A stretch of 64,000 bases of DNA from positions 9,059,979-9,123,978 of the forward strand of contig CAJINV010000003.1 in the NCBI GenBank assembly GCA_905178155.1. The letters run 5' to 3'. Under the pieces are notes generated by a model. That model was not told the DNA's origin. It did no database searches and worked only from the letters and a program-made list of their open reading frames with translations. A program made the position numbers and the translations under genes. Shown piece by piece: positions 37,485 to 50,700 of this stretch. This stretch comes from Amoebophrya sp. A120 (taxonomy: Eukaryota > Protista > Dinoflagellata). The first letter of the stretch is position 1. Each line of letters begins with the position of its first letter.

Positions 37485-40400
37485 TCACTTTTTTTTGCGT
37501 CCGCCGAAACGCAAACGGGACCCTTGCAGCGGACGAAGTCGTGTATTATGTCCAGCGAGGATGAAGGACGCGGCTCCTGCTGCCGCTGCGGTTTTCTGAG
37601 CCGCTACATCAATTTTCCTCCCTTCTTCCCCTTGTTGCAAGCGTCGGCGCGCTTGTTCACGCCCCATCCCCCTCGTACGAGGATCAGTCGGCAAGGCGCG
37701 ACGACCTGTATAAATCTCCGGCGGGACGGCCTTAACCACTATGCGCGTCTTCTGTCCTGTGGCGAACGGAACGCCTATGTAGCCTCGCGCTGCAAAACAT
37801 GTTGGAGTTCCTTGTCCAGAAGCCTTTTCGCTGACGGGAGAATCGCTCGCGGACGAATCGAGTGCCCTTTTCCGTTATCGTCTTCGATGGAGCAGTTCGC
37901 GCCCAACAAATACCTCAGGTTATGAATCTGCATCTTGTCTCACCAGGAATGAAACATACTAGGACGCCGAAAATGACAACGCAAGCACTAGTGCTAGCGC
38001 ACCAAATTTCTCATAAGAGCTTCAGTACATCGTAGACTACGATACTCTACTCCTGATTCTTGTGATTCAATTCTGATGTCCGCCTCAGATATTATGACGA
38101 GTATTCTTAGTACAGAATGCTGTAAGTATTACACACAAAACGGAACGGAAACAGAAAACGTACCCGCAGACGAAGCGCACCTTGTCGCCGTACCTGTTCG
38201 TGACAAGGTCGTAAGCCTCATCGTCGACTATCCTCCACTTGCCGCAGACGTCGCATTGCACCTCACTGATTGAACATGCGCCTCGAACAGACTCGCTGGA
38301 GCTACTCTGCGGGGTGGGATAGAAGAGCTTCGGCTGCTGCGTGTAAAAGCTAAGCTGCGCCGGGTGTAGTTGAGATCCACCTGCGCGCGGATGCTGGTGC
38401 AGCTGCTGCAGCGTAAGCTGACCAGGCCCCAAATCGCTTGCAACTTTCGATGGTTTCGAGGAGGCGGCAATACTCCTTCCGTCACCGTCGCCGAGGCCTC
38501 CACGTGAAATACGAACAGGACCAGCTCCAACAGTGGGAGTTCCAGTAGTACTAGGTTGGAACACCACCTGCTCTTGCTGGGCTGTACTCGCAGCAGCTTC
38601 CCGTGCTCTTCTTACCACGGCTCTTGTTACATATCTTTTTTCTGTAGCTACTACTTTCGCGTTGGAGGTCCGGTGCGCAAGAGAGGCAGCAAAACTGCGA
38701 CTTTTGCTTTTGCCTTTAGGTGCGACGGCTCCCCCTTCCTGTATTGTTTCGACGCCATTTCTGGGAAGGACAGGCGCTCTTGGTGCGGGCGCAAAGAACG
38801 AGGGTGGCGCTCGAAGAGAGCCAGCCCCAGGCCCAGCCGGTAGTCGCATATAATCCTGCGTCTGGACAGGGATCAGTTGGCGCTGCTGCTGGAGATTGCT
38901 CGAGCTTCGCGTCGATGCCGATGTCGAATCAGCCGGCACAAGAGCGGGCACCTTCGTGTTGTTTGTGCCGTGTGGTATGAGCATGCTGTTGGCTTTATTG
39001 CTGGCTTCATTGCGTCGAACTGGCTTCTGATTCTTTTTGGCCGCTCTGGAACTCGATTTCGTTGTGGCAGCGACCGCCGCAGGTCGGTATAGAAAGTTCG
39101 GGGGCGGGCTCGAGTCCGGCTTCTGGGCCGCATGATGATCCAGGTCAGAAGATTCTCCCGCCGGGATCGCTACAGGGGATTCTCCACTATTTTTTTTGCT
39201 GGTGCCCTCGACGTCTTCGTCCTCATCCGCAACAGAAAAATCGTCATCTTCAGATTGCAAAGACGCGGCTTGTGCTATCTGTGGCTGTTCTTCCTCCTCT
39301 TTTTTACTCTTGCTGTCCCTCATCTGATTTTCTACTGTCGCCAAGATCAGGGCAGGTCCTGAACCTCGGTGCGCGAGCAACGCGCCAGTTTGAGCAGGTG
39401 TGCGCTTTGCGTCCGATGGTGGCTCGACCCTAGACCGTTGACGATGCGGGTCAAGAAGGAGGGAAGAAGATCCAACACCGGGAGGCGTCTGCTCGTGCAG
39501 ATGTTGCACATCAAGCTGCAATTTCTGAAACGGACTGTTCTTTGCGAATGCGTTCCCGCCGAGTGGCCGCCGGCGCTTCGCGCTTTGCTGTGGCTGGAGG
39601 CCGTTCATCTGCATGTCTGCGTTGCCAAGTAGAAGAGTCCTCTTGTTCTTCTTTGAGTGGCTTTCGGGAAACTGCTTTGCTCCCCCGATGAGATCTGCGC
39701 CGTACCGCTGCGCCATGTCTGCGTAATAAAGGGGATCCATCTCGCGATAGTACTGCTTCGCAGCCTGTCGCAACGGTCGTCTTGCCCGGGTTGGCGCGTT
39801 CTGTTTCGACGTGGTGGCACTGGTCGCCGCAAACCGGGGTGCGCCCGTGTTGTCATTTTCATTTCCGCCACGAGAAGGAGCCAACACACTGCTAGTACTA
39901 GCCGTTGCTGTGGCAGCACCTCCGATATTCAGATTGATATTGGTTGCGGGTAAAGCTGCGTCCGGCGGGTCCGCGACGCCGTGACCGCTTGCTCCTGCAT
40001 TCTTGGATGCCATCGGCGGTTGTACGAGATTCTGATTGCCACAACGTCCTCCCTGCTGTTGCTCAGTCGCTTTATTTTCATTTGGATGTACTGCAAGAGA
40101 GCCTTTATTCTCCCTCGCGGTTGACCCACTAGCATCCTCACGACGGTATAATCCCAAGGGTGGGGGCGGTAGCACGGCGCCACGAGGCGAATTCACACCA
40201 ATGTACTTCCAGTCAAAATCGTTATCCTCACTATCAATCTTTTCATCTTTACCAAGGCCGTTATTGTCTGGCTGCTCCGTGCGCTTGTAGGCAGCTTGTG
40301 TAGCAGAGTTTTTATTCCTTTTATTTTGGCCCTCATCGTCACCGTCAAGATTCAAGTTTGCCGGTGAAGGCCGTCTATCGCTGCGTAGCAATCGCTCGTC

Positions 40401-40502
40401 CGAATTTCTGCGAATATAGCTCTTCGGCGCAGAAATCCGACCGCGGCGCGAGGAGGCCCCGCCGCTCTTCTGCAGCGGAGATGCCGCCGGGGTTCGCCGC
40501 AT
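37485..40502 (-). CDS. Low-complexity protein with a C-terminal CW-type zinc finger
   Basis: VQCDVCGKWRIV...FVCG, then intron 37914-38163, then YLLGANCSIEDD, giving four Cys with zf-CW spacing. Stop at 37775 as assembled, or at 37485 if the A-run near 37868 lacks one base. Confidence 0.72.
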
Positions 40503-41448
40503 TTTCTTCACAACAACTCTGTTAACGAGGAAGATGTGCTCCTCGATGACGAAGAGGATGCATTGAAATGATAAGAATTATGAGTAAGCCTAAGCCTAAA
40601 ATTGAAGTACTTACTATCAGGCAGAGATGACTTCTAAAACCAGTATAACATAACCATCATCATCTAACCTGCACGAGATCTTCTTCTACGTGGCAAGCCG
40701 CAAGCAGGAGAGTAATGTATGACTACAATCAAATTATCACTTCATCGCCTTCGCCGGCTTGACGGCGGGGTTCCTCACAAGCACTCGGCCGGCCGCGCGG
40801 CCTCCTCTGTCTCTAACTCTATACGCGATCCGATTCCACCACCCACTCAGATTCAACCTCTGTGCGATTCCGATTCGGTCTTGTTCGTTTTTTCTTTTTG
40901 CTGGTTCAAAGTCAAAGCGTTTGCCTTTATGTGTATCTCACAGATGGAAACTCGCTAAAAGAGTGAATCCCGACGATGAGGCACCACAGATGTAGTTGAG
41001 CCTCCGCTTTGAAGCTGTTGTCCCCATTACTAGCCGTAGCCAAGCAGCTATCATGATTGTCATAGACATTGCTTTCAATTATATGAGTTGTGGATTTTTT
41101 TCACTTTCACTTTCTATGAAATTATTTTCAACTTTTTGATGTACATCACGGCGAAGGAACGCGCGTAGCTGTAATCGACTAGAAAAATCGTCGCTGTTGT
41201 GGATACTGCCAGCGGGCAGCCATGACCCGTCGAAGTGGTGTATGAGAATCAGAATGGCCCACTCCCCCGACCCATCATTCACATCACCAGTAGACACAGT
41301 CTATTGGATTCAATAGTACAGCTGCTGCTGCAAACAAGTTTGATATGTTTCTAAGTCCTGCGGCTCCGTTTTGCAGTGATGTTCCCTGACCAGTCGGAAC
41401 ACCGCTGCACCAGCCGAGACGTGAAAATTAATACTTCTACTGCATCTG

Positions 41449-44400
41449 CTAGCAGAGACAAGCAGCTTCTTGATGGCACACAAATGAGGGGGAGGTGGCG
41501 CTGTCTTGCTTCGTATGGTGAACGGCATAGACACGATCTCGCATGGCCGCGGCGGTGCCATACGTTACTGCCTCCCCGAGAGAATCTCGTGCAAGAGCAT
41601 ACAGACAGGCAGCGCCGCTCTTTCTTGTCCTACTCCTGCTTGCTTCGCTTTTTGCTTTTCTCGCTCCACTGCTTTCGCCTATATCGTCATGCCGAGGAGA
41701 TGCGTCCCCAGGGCGGCGTGCTGGAGCTTCTCCTTGTACTTTCTCCTTGCTCTCACACATGTAATACAGGTCGCGGACTGGATCTGCATCAGTTTGATAC
41801 TGTCTTTGATTCGTTGCATCTTCGGGATTCCAAGAAAGGGCTCCGACCTCGTCTTTATGCGACTGTGTAGACATGGACTGTGCGTGATGGATCGGAACGC
41901 TCGAACTCTTTCGCCGAAGCATATCACGTAGCAAAGCACACCAATAGCTCAAATCGTAAAAAATCAGAAGCAAGTATGATCTTCTCCAGCTAAGTTCAGA
42001 ATTTGCGCTGTTGTTTTCCGTTGTCACTACTTCATGCCGCTCGATAATGCTTCCCGACCCAGAAAACTGGCCCGCCTTTTCGTCAAAGTGGCCCATCAAA
42101 CGGTAACGGATATCATAAATTTTACGTATCTTGACATGCAAAATGTAAATGATACTTTTCGTCACATTCAAAATGCGCCGCAACGGCGTTGCGGCAACGC
42201 GAGTCCTTGCTTCTAGATGGACTACGGATATTGGTAAAACTATGGAAGTGGATGGACTTCCCGGTAGCATAAAGCACCAATTCCACAAAGCTGAGTTCTG
42301 CTCTACGCCGCTGAGGTAGCTCGTCTACGTCGAGCCCGGGGTCCTGAAGAAGCACGCTCCCCGCGGGCGCGGCGGGAGCACGACTGATATTATGCCCATT
42401 TTCAGAAAATCCTTCGGCAAATTGATGAACGGCTACTGGTTCCGTAGCCGCCCGCTCTGAAACTAGAGTGGTCGTGGTCCTTGTTTTTCTTTTTGACACG
42501 CCGACTTGAACCTGATTCGCTGTAGCGTTTGAGTTCATCTCGTTCATCGTGCTGCCCCGCCCAGCATCGTTGTTCTCCGTGTCCGTACTCTCCTTCAAGT
42601 TGTAGTGCGACCAATAGTTTTGTCGCCGCCCCCGAATGCCGTAGTACTTGAGAAAACCTGCGGGTTGGTCTTCTTGAAGCCAAGCACCGCGGTCGTAAGC
42701 AGCAATGGCCCAACACTGATCTTCGTACCTCCCCGCACAGGAACCGCCGTAGCAGTCATGATGTGAAAACAAGTATTCACTCATGCCCACATAGTCGGTC
42801 CGCAACAGCAGCTGTAATTTGGGCCGGGGAAGCCACGCCCGATGCAGGTCCGGCAAATCGATCTCCGTATCTTGATCTTTTTTGTCCTGAAGTGACCGAC
42901 GAGAAGCATCAGCTCCACTTTGCTCTTGCTGCAAATTGAAATTTGCAAAGGCCCCGGACGAGAAAGATGAAGCTGCGGAGGTGCCTCTACTGCTGACGGA
43001 GGCGGTACCCTTGCTGCTGCTCTTCCTCTTGAAAGTGCTACTGTACAACAGGCGCTGCTGCTCGGCTTCCTTCCTGTCCAAATGTCTGTCAACGTCTACC
43101 GCGATCTTCCAAATCGAGGGCGACCAGCCTAACTGGCTGGCGCACGAGAAGGGGCGTGATTTCCTACTTGCACGAATCGAGGAAGGACTGTCGTCATCTT
43201 CTCGCGCCCTAATTGATGTCATTGCCGCACGCTGTGACGCAATCGCATTCTGGCGATGGATCTCGTCTCGCAGCGTGCGGTTTTGACGCAGCACCGCCGT
43301 GCGCCGGAGCTCCGCCTGCAATCGAAAAGCCGCGCTCTTCCACAGGTTAAACTGCAGTTGCAGTGGGTTGAAATTGTGCCAGGGAAGAAAGAAAATGGCA
43401 TTCCCGGAAAATTTACCATGATCCCCATCCATCTTTTGCGGTAGATGTTGACTACAAACACAGAGTTCAGAGTCGAGAGTCCTCCACGAAACGATTTGTA
43501 ATATATGCATGCTTTGCCTTTGCGTGACAAATTGGATCTTCATGGGGTTGGTTAATTTTCAGGGAATAAATGTCATCGGAACCGTACACACCAAACACCG
43601 AGCGCTCGTAGGCGTGCCACAGAGTCCGGGGCGAAAACTGGTAGTACTTTGGGCAGTAATGGATGCTTCGCCGAGAGCTGATTGAGATATTGCGACCGCC
43701 GTGGTCGACACCCTCCCTCCGGTCCGTCGTCGTACAAACATGCTGCACCGCAGCCGAATCATCCCTGCTGCTGTTCGAGGACGAATTGGTACCATTGCAG
43801 TAGTGGTTTTGGCTTTTTGACAATTTTTCAAACATATCCGACACAACGTTTTTCCGCAAACAAACCCCCGCAGGCAGCGTTTGTTCGCACAAGTAGAGGT
43901 CGACATAGGCCGTGTTCATGGCATGAATCATGCTGGCATCCATGATTTGCGCGCCGTTTGCGTTGGTCTTGACGGCAAACGCAGGCTCCTGTTTCTGCAC
44001 CTCACTGTAGATCGTAGCATCGATGTGGTACATCATTTCGATCCAGAAAGGGTGGCGCGGTTCGCTGTAGATCACGGCAGTCGTGTCGTCCATAATAATG
44101 CTCTTTCCTCTTGTCCCAGTCGTAGGCATAGGAACAGCTGCGGTCGTCGTACTCGGCAGGACCGCGCGAGTGGAGGTGGAGCTTGAGGGCGATGTAGCAG
44201 TACTAGTAGTTGTACTAGATCTAGAAGGAGATGAAGTAGCTGCGCTTAAACGCATAAAAAGCTCCGTGGGGTCGTGCAGCAGCTCAATATCTGCGTCAAG
44301 AAAAATACCGCCGTAGAAGTACAGTATCAAGTACTTGGCCAAGTCTCGAAACTTCACGGTGTCGCTGATCCGGAAATCGCTAAACATGTGCTCCACGAGC

Positions 44401-47310
44401 CATTGCGGACGGGCTGGTAAGAAGCGCTGCGTCAGATTGGTATACTGTGTGAAAACATCGTCCCGCCCACGCCCACCTTGGATTATTTCTCAAGAAGAAG
44501 CTGCCTACTTTTTTACTTTCTGTCTGAGCTTGTGCAGGTAAAATTCGTATCTGCACGCACAACGATCGTGACGTGCCTCCCCAGACAACAAAGCGTTTTT
44601 TGATGTCGCTTTGGAAACAAGTTAGCAGCTCTAGTAACCACGATTAGCAAACGGCTGTTCCAGAATATTCAAGAGGTAAAAATTACCAAGATGAGTTATT
44701 TGAATTGAATGAATAAGAAAATTTGCAAACAGAGGGCGCAGCGTGGCGCCGACAACAATGATCAGCAGATATGTTGGACGGGATCAATTCGCCGAGAAGT
44801 AGTCAGCGAGCGGACGCGTCTCCGACATACATTTGCTTGTGCGCCGGATCTCCAGCTGAGTTTTTTACTGGGCGCGAGCGCCGAGTAGGGGAGGTCGCTT
44901 CTTTCGCTTTCACACAAGAATGCGGCTCGGCGAGAAAAGCCGCAAGCCAATGGCCCAAACAGAATTAATTCGGGCCTGAATTAAATCCGCCACCACAGGC
45001 CTCACCCCGGGCCCGGGGCCCACGGGGAGGGAAAAATAAAAAAATCTCACTGGGCGGGAAAAAAATTCGTTTTTCCCGCCCGGAAAAAAACGAATTAAAC
45101 GAATTAATCGAAAAAAAACGCGCCCAAAAAATTTGACAGGGAAATCACACATGAAATCCTGACCCAGCCCGCGGGGCCGGACCCGGAAATTAATTATTTT
45201 TAATTCCCCCTCCTGGGAGATTTTTTTTTCGATTTAATTCGAATTGATTCCGCCCCTGCTGGGCCAAAATTAAATCCGACTCAAGGGCCAGGTTTGAATC
45301 AGGCCAAATTTTACTCGGTGCGTGGGGCCCTGTTTTTCCGGGGATGGTTTTCGTCTGGAGAAAACGCGAGTCTCCGTCGCGTCAGCATGCAGCTCCAGCA
45401 GCCATCACATCATCTGCGAGGGAGCTTGTGCAGGCCGGGCAAAACACCAACAGAAGCAAAGGACCACAACCCCAAACAATGATGTCAACCGCTGAGCATA
45501 TCAAGTCGCGCCTCCAGGTTCTGCAGCTGCAAAAAAAAAATAATTCATTTAAATGGATTAACTCATCTTGGTATTTGGACCACATAAGAATATCAATGCG
45601 GTTGCGGCCGTGCTTCTATACCTAATAATTACTTACTTTGTTGCGGGCCCAGGCGAATTTATATCTGTCATCCACATCCTTGTCGGGCGCACCTCTCACG
45701 AAATTTCCATTTGTTGCACAGCAGGACAAGCATCTTGAATATGGGAAAGGGACGTTTGTACAAGTGATAATTGGCGCGCTCAACGTAATAACGGCGAAAC
45801 CGTTCGGCTGCCAAAGAAAAGGTCGTGGTCCCGGGAGTTGTTTTGCTTCCCGACCTCGCAGCGGGATCAGCGCTTATCGAAATGAAAAGCGCCCCATCTC
45901 GAAAGTGAGCGTGTAAGTGGCGTAGTACAAGTAAGTTCCTGCATTCAACTAAGCCTTCTTCTAGTCTTGTAATTTATCACGTTAGCAATCACAGCACACG
46001 AAGGCGGCACCTGAGGCGCCTTCCCGTCCTCGTTTTTTCAGTGCTGAACGATTGGAATGCAACCCGGCGCTTTTGAGTTTGATGCTAAGTCTGTTGAGCG
46101 ACCAAACGGAATTTTTACCGATCTTTGTGTTCAAGCACAAAAATGCTGGTTTATTGAGTTCTTATTGGAAATCGGCGGCTATTTCCGAGATGCGGCTGCT
46201 GGGGCGGGTGCCTTGATAGCGTCCACCGCGGGTTTTTCGTCTTTTCGCGATTGGTGGATTAAGAGCTGTCCCTCGATATCTTCTGGTAGGAAAACGTCAG
46301 CCCAGAACGCAGGACTCCTCGACCAGCGCACCAGCTCGCTGATGCCCACATCGTCCCACAAAAAGTATACGATAGTGGACAACTCCCCCTGCCCCTTCGT
46401 CGAACATCAGCATAATCTGCTTATTGAAGCATAGAAAATGGAGCTTGTCGTGTGTGAGGAACTTCTCATGCCGGGACTGACACTCCATGTAAGTGGAAGT
46501 AGTACCTACTCTAACTCTTTGCGCTTTATTCGGTGCGGCCTAGGAGTACGAGTAGGAGCTGCTTGCATTTTACATCTCACAAAACTGAAAGGAAGAGGGA
46601 GCTGTCTGTCTTTCTCTTCATAGAGTATTCATACCTTTGCGAATGCGATCGAGTACCTGAAGCGGCAAGAGGCAAATCAGTGAACAACTTTGATGTATCG
46701 AGATCGACAATCAATACAGCGAGCAAAGGGGGCGTCAAAAAAAAATAGCAATAGCTCAATACTCGGAAAGGTGGTTCTTTACGCTCTTGTGGTAATCATG
46801 TAGATAGCTTGGAAGAGTCTTTTCTGGATCTGCAGTGCCAAGAAGCCCACAAAGCACACCGCGCTCGGTCGTGTGCTCCGTCGAAGTTGCCCCCCCTGCA
46901 GGCAACCGCACGTGCGAACGCCGCTCGCTTGATATTTCTTTTTCATGATGAATGGCAACGTTTGCATCTGACGATCCGGGAGTCTTTAATGAAGCCATGC
47001 GATTTCGTAGCGTTTGCATAGGCCTTTCGTGCAGAAGTCCTGGAACGTCAAAGTTTTTTCCCGGTCGGAGCAATTTGCGGCTTCCCAAGCCCTCGCTCCA
47101 GATCTGGTGCACCCGTTTCACGAATTTGCGGTCTGGAGGCGGGTCGGTGCGGATGTCGCCTTCAGCTACAGAACGAACACGGCCCATCGGTAGAAAGTCG
47201 CATCGGCTGCGACTTGTTTCCACTTTGTACTCATCGCTTGCGAAGGTGCCTGTTGCTTCGAAGGAATGCAGAAGCCCAAAGAACAGCAGAAAACTCCAAC
47301 AATGCAACAT
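41449..47310 (-). CDS. DXD-motif glycosyltransferase, GT32 / Gly_transf_sug family, multi-exon
   Basis: Signal-like N-terminus; KRVHQIW; YFLWDD; FRDLAKYLILYFYGGIFLDADI; EPRHPFW; IFFLPWHNFNP (restored by removing 43399-43568). Exon structure between 44500 and 46760 is unresolved. Confidence 0.8.
43399..43568. mobile_element. Short introner (CAT...ATA ends)
   Basis: CATTCCCGGAAAATTTACCA...CCCCAT pairs with ATGGGGTTGGTTAATTTTCAGGGAATA; flanks AATGG/AATGT; removal gives YGSDD-IFFLPWHNF. Confidence 0.85.
44960..45318. repeat. Homopolymer-rich segment with degenerate inverted ends (possible MITE)
   Basis: GAATTAATTCGGGCCTGAATTAAATC matches the reverse complement of GGTTTGAATCAGGCCAAATTTTACTC at about 17 of 26; abrupt change in composition; no target-site duplication seen. 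Confidence 0.4.
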
Positions 47311-47723
47311 GTTGCTCGTGCTTCACCAACAAGCATACGTAATCGAAATTTGTTCCGTACAAATAAACAAAGTGGAATTTAACTGCCCGACTGTAATCAC
47401 GAATATGCAGCACTAAGTAAATACTACTAGCTCATGATCTTCTTGACCGTGCAGCACCACACGCAAAACCGGTACAACTGGGGGCGTCGGAAGAAAGGAA
47501 AACGCGAACTACCGACAGGACGACTACGTACAAGCATTCTCTCTTTCAGAAACATGGCCGGTCGCGTTTGATTTTCATTTGTATTGTTTTCTTTTTCGAA
47601 TAAGGAGCGGACGCAGAAATGTCGTGGAGGACTTTGCAATTTCATTTCAATAATGGTGCGCATTGTTTGCAGTAAGGAAGAATGTCCACTACTTACAGCA
47701 GCTGGTGCAACATTTGGCTCTAC

Positions 47724-50700
47724 TTATGTATCGTGAGGCTTTTTGTTCTCTTTCCCCCCTGTGCCTGTACTCGCTGCTTCGCTACGCGGCGCACTTTTTT
47801 TCTTGGAGGCAAGAAAGTCGTCCGCGTGCAACTTGGAGGCAACGGCGACGAAGTGTTCCGCAACTGCGGGCACATGCTGCGCAGCTTGGTGCAACTGCGT
47901 TTTCCACGTTTGGTGCACACGGTTTGCGTGTCGACGGTGGTAATCTACCTCCTTTTCGTAGTTACGTAGAACCTGGTCCTTGTGTGACTCCTGTAACTCG
48001 AACACCTGTTCGGCTCGTTGATGAGCTTCGCGAAGCTCCTCCCGCAGCGACTTAATTTTTGTCCGAAGGTCTTCGTGGTCTTCGCTAGTCTTGTCTTGGA
48101 GGTCTTCCCCCTCGTCGACTCCTCCTTTAAGGTTTTTCTTCAGAGCGCCGGCTTGTGGTTCTTGCGATACCTGTGAACTGCATGCCTTTATTGCCTCCTT
48201 CTGCATCTCTTCCTCACACGCGCCTGGCACAACAACCGCAGAGGACGTCTTGATGATTTTCCCGTCGCTATCATTCGGGTCGGCGGTCGAGCTTTGTGAG
48301 GCCTGCGTCTCGCGGTGCAGCCATCGGGTGATTGCAGAAAGTCGCCCGGTGGATGTAGGGTCGCTCGTGTCGACTTTTTGCACCAGAGGCGTAAGCAGAG
48401 GCTGCAGCCGCTGTACGAGTTCAATTGTACCGTTCGCATTTTTCGAGGAGCTGGCGGCAGCTGTCATGTGCTTCTGCAGCCGTGGCACCACAGGATGCTT
48501 TGTCTGCGACTGGGTCTTCCTCGTCTTGATGAGCATCGTGTTCTGATTTTTGGCACGGTCGTTCACATAGTCGTCCTTGCGATGTCCATCAAACGCATCT
48601 TGCCGTCCTCCACCTGTCGTGCTCATTCGGCGCATGAGAGGCCCGCGGCTGGGTTTGTGCGGGCTCGGTTCTCCACGACCGGGCGTGAGAGTGGTCCCCA
48701 ATTGTGCCTTCGTGCCTCCATCTTCTCGTCCCCGACCAGAGACGGCGAAGCTCGCTGACGAGTTGTAGGAATCATTCAAATTACTCATGTAATCTGTGAC
48801 GTGATCCAATACATGGCGCATGTCTGCAACGGCTTCCACAACAGCGTCCTCACCCGCCGTTTCAGGAACGCGCAGAAGTGTCGCCAAATCTGTAGGTATG
48901 CGTGACGACGATGAACTGCAACTCCCGCGAGCCCCAGCTAAGGTAGCCTCGGTTGACGGTGATCGCCCGCTGGAGGCACTCCCCGACGTTTTCATTTCAC
49001 CAGGCACTATAATAGAAGGAGGAATTTCCAACGTCGCAGTCGGCGTTTGCGACACAAGGCGGCCTCTAGACTGAAAGCTGTTGCTTGTAGTGATCCTGCC
49101 TCGTCCAGCGGGGTCCCCCGTTTGCAAACTCGTTGTATTTGACCCGAATTTTCTCAACTGCACTTCCAGCTGAGCTTTCTCGCGCTCCAGCCGAACCAGA
49201 GCAGCCGATCTGTGTGCTCCGCTCACTGCGGAGTGGTCCGTGAGAGCAGCCTCGATGTCGTCGGCACTAGAGTTCGAAACGGCACCTGCTGCCGCGTCTC
49301 CTGCCCATAAAACGCCGGACAGAGGCTCGTCCGTTTCGCGCTGGTCAGGGTGAGGATCGCCCCGCACCAGCAAACCGGACGAGCTGCTCGCCGAAGAGGA
49401 CATTAGCCGTTCTCTCTGGTGTGCCGCCTCTGCATTTTTTGGTTCCGGAAGCGCAGTCGGCGATGTCCTGGTGGTGTTCTTTTCCACTACATCCTCATGA
49501 TCCATTACGACTGAGGTAGAAGACGAGGACTCAGGGTCTAAAACTCGTGCTTGCTCGAGGACATGATCTGGTAGCAACGGTCGACGTGTGCTGCCCATTT
49601 GTTCTTGGAAACGACCGCTGGCGCTTGCAAATGTCGTGTTGCGACTGCTCGTGCCACGACCTTGTCGGTTGCTCGTCCGACGTCTCTCGTGCTGCTGCCG
49701 CAAAAGGTGCCGCTGTTGCTCCTCGATCATATGCCGTTGTTCTTCCAAAGCATAGCGCAGATCCTCGCGGTGTTTTGCTTCGACTTCCCGCAGTGCCGTC
49801 TCCATCTCGTAGCGCGTGCGTGTTATCTCCGACTCTAGCTGGTGCCTTAACAGGTCGCTGTCTTGTTGTCTCGATCTGGTCGTGCTCTCCAAGTTGCGGA
49901 GCTGTTCTTGTTCCGAGCGATTCTGTTCTTCATTTCGGTGGTACTCGCGTCCGGTCTGCTCCAATTGCGAAACAGCAGCTTCGGATCGCTCTAGTAGCCA
50001 GCTTCGTTTCTCTTCTTCATGCTTGCGGTTCGACTCTTCGATCTGTTTAAGTATTTTCTTCATTTCTACATTGAAACAAATTGCAACAGTGGTAGAAAAT
50101 GCAACATGAGCTGTCGGCTGCGCTGCTGGCATCTTGCAGGTGCAGGGGCGTTCGAGTAACAATAAACTGTCTCTGTCTAAATACATGTGCTGCTAATGAG
50201 TGGAGCCTTGGAATCGGCCCTCTACTTCTGCAAAGCGTAAGCGCCGCTCCTACGCAAACGAAAGTCCGACGCCCGTGGTTATCGCCATAACGATATCAAA
50301 AAAGTAGGAATAGTAGGACGACTGAGCTTATCGTAATACGGACTAGGAAAACTTTAATTATGCCAGCATGAGACCGTAACGGAAACGCAAAAAGAATGAA
50401 GCCCAAAACTTTACGAACATTATATATAATTTCATCAGACCTCCTTCTTCCAGCGCGCCTCCGTCTCCGCGTGCAAGCTAGCATGCACCCGTGCCTGTTT
50501 CTCCAGGTCCTCGGAATGTGTTTTTTGCTGCTCTTTCTGTTGGGCTTGCACTTCTTGAATGGCGTTTTTAAGCTGGGCTATCTCTTGGTCGCGCTCGCGG
50601 TCGTCCGTAACTGACCCCCCTCCCCCGTCGCTGCCGGTTACGAAAGGAGCTTTCGGTGCTGGTGCGCGCAAAACACCCGCGCTTCGTATGCCCTCGCGCA

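Noticed and set aside
12896-37870. Programmed frameshifting at T8 (12896-12903), G9 (14974-14982) and A4 (about 37868)
   Set aside because: Each break is fixed by adding one base to a homopolymer, the usual signature of sequencing or assembly error. Raw reads would be needed to claim more.
46422-46761. Introner candidate TATTGA...TCAATA in the glycosyltransferase gene
   Set aside because: Only a 6-bp inverted match, flanks match 2 of 5, and removal does not reach the YFLWDD frame without assuming an indel.
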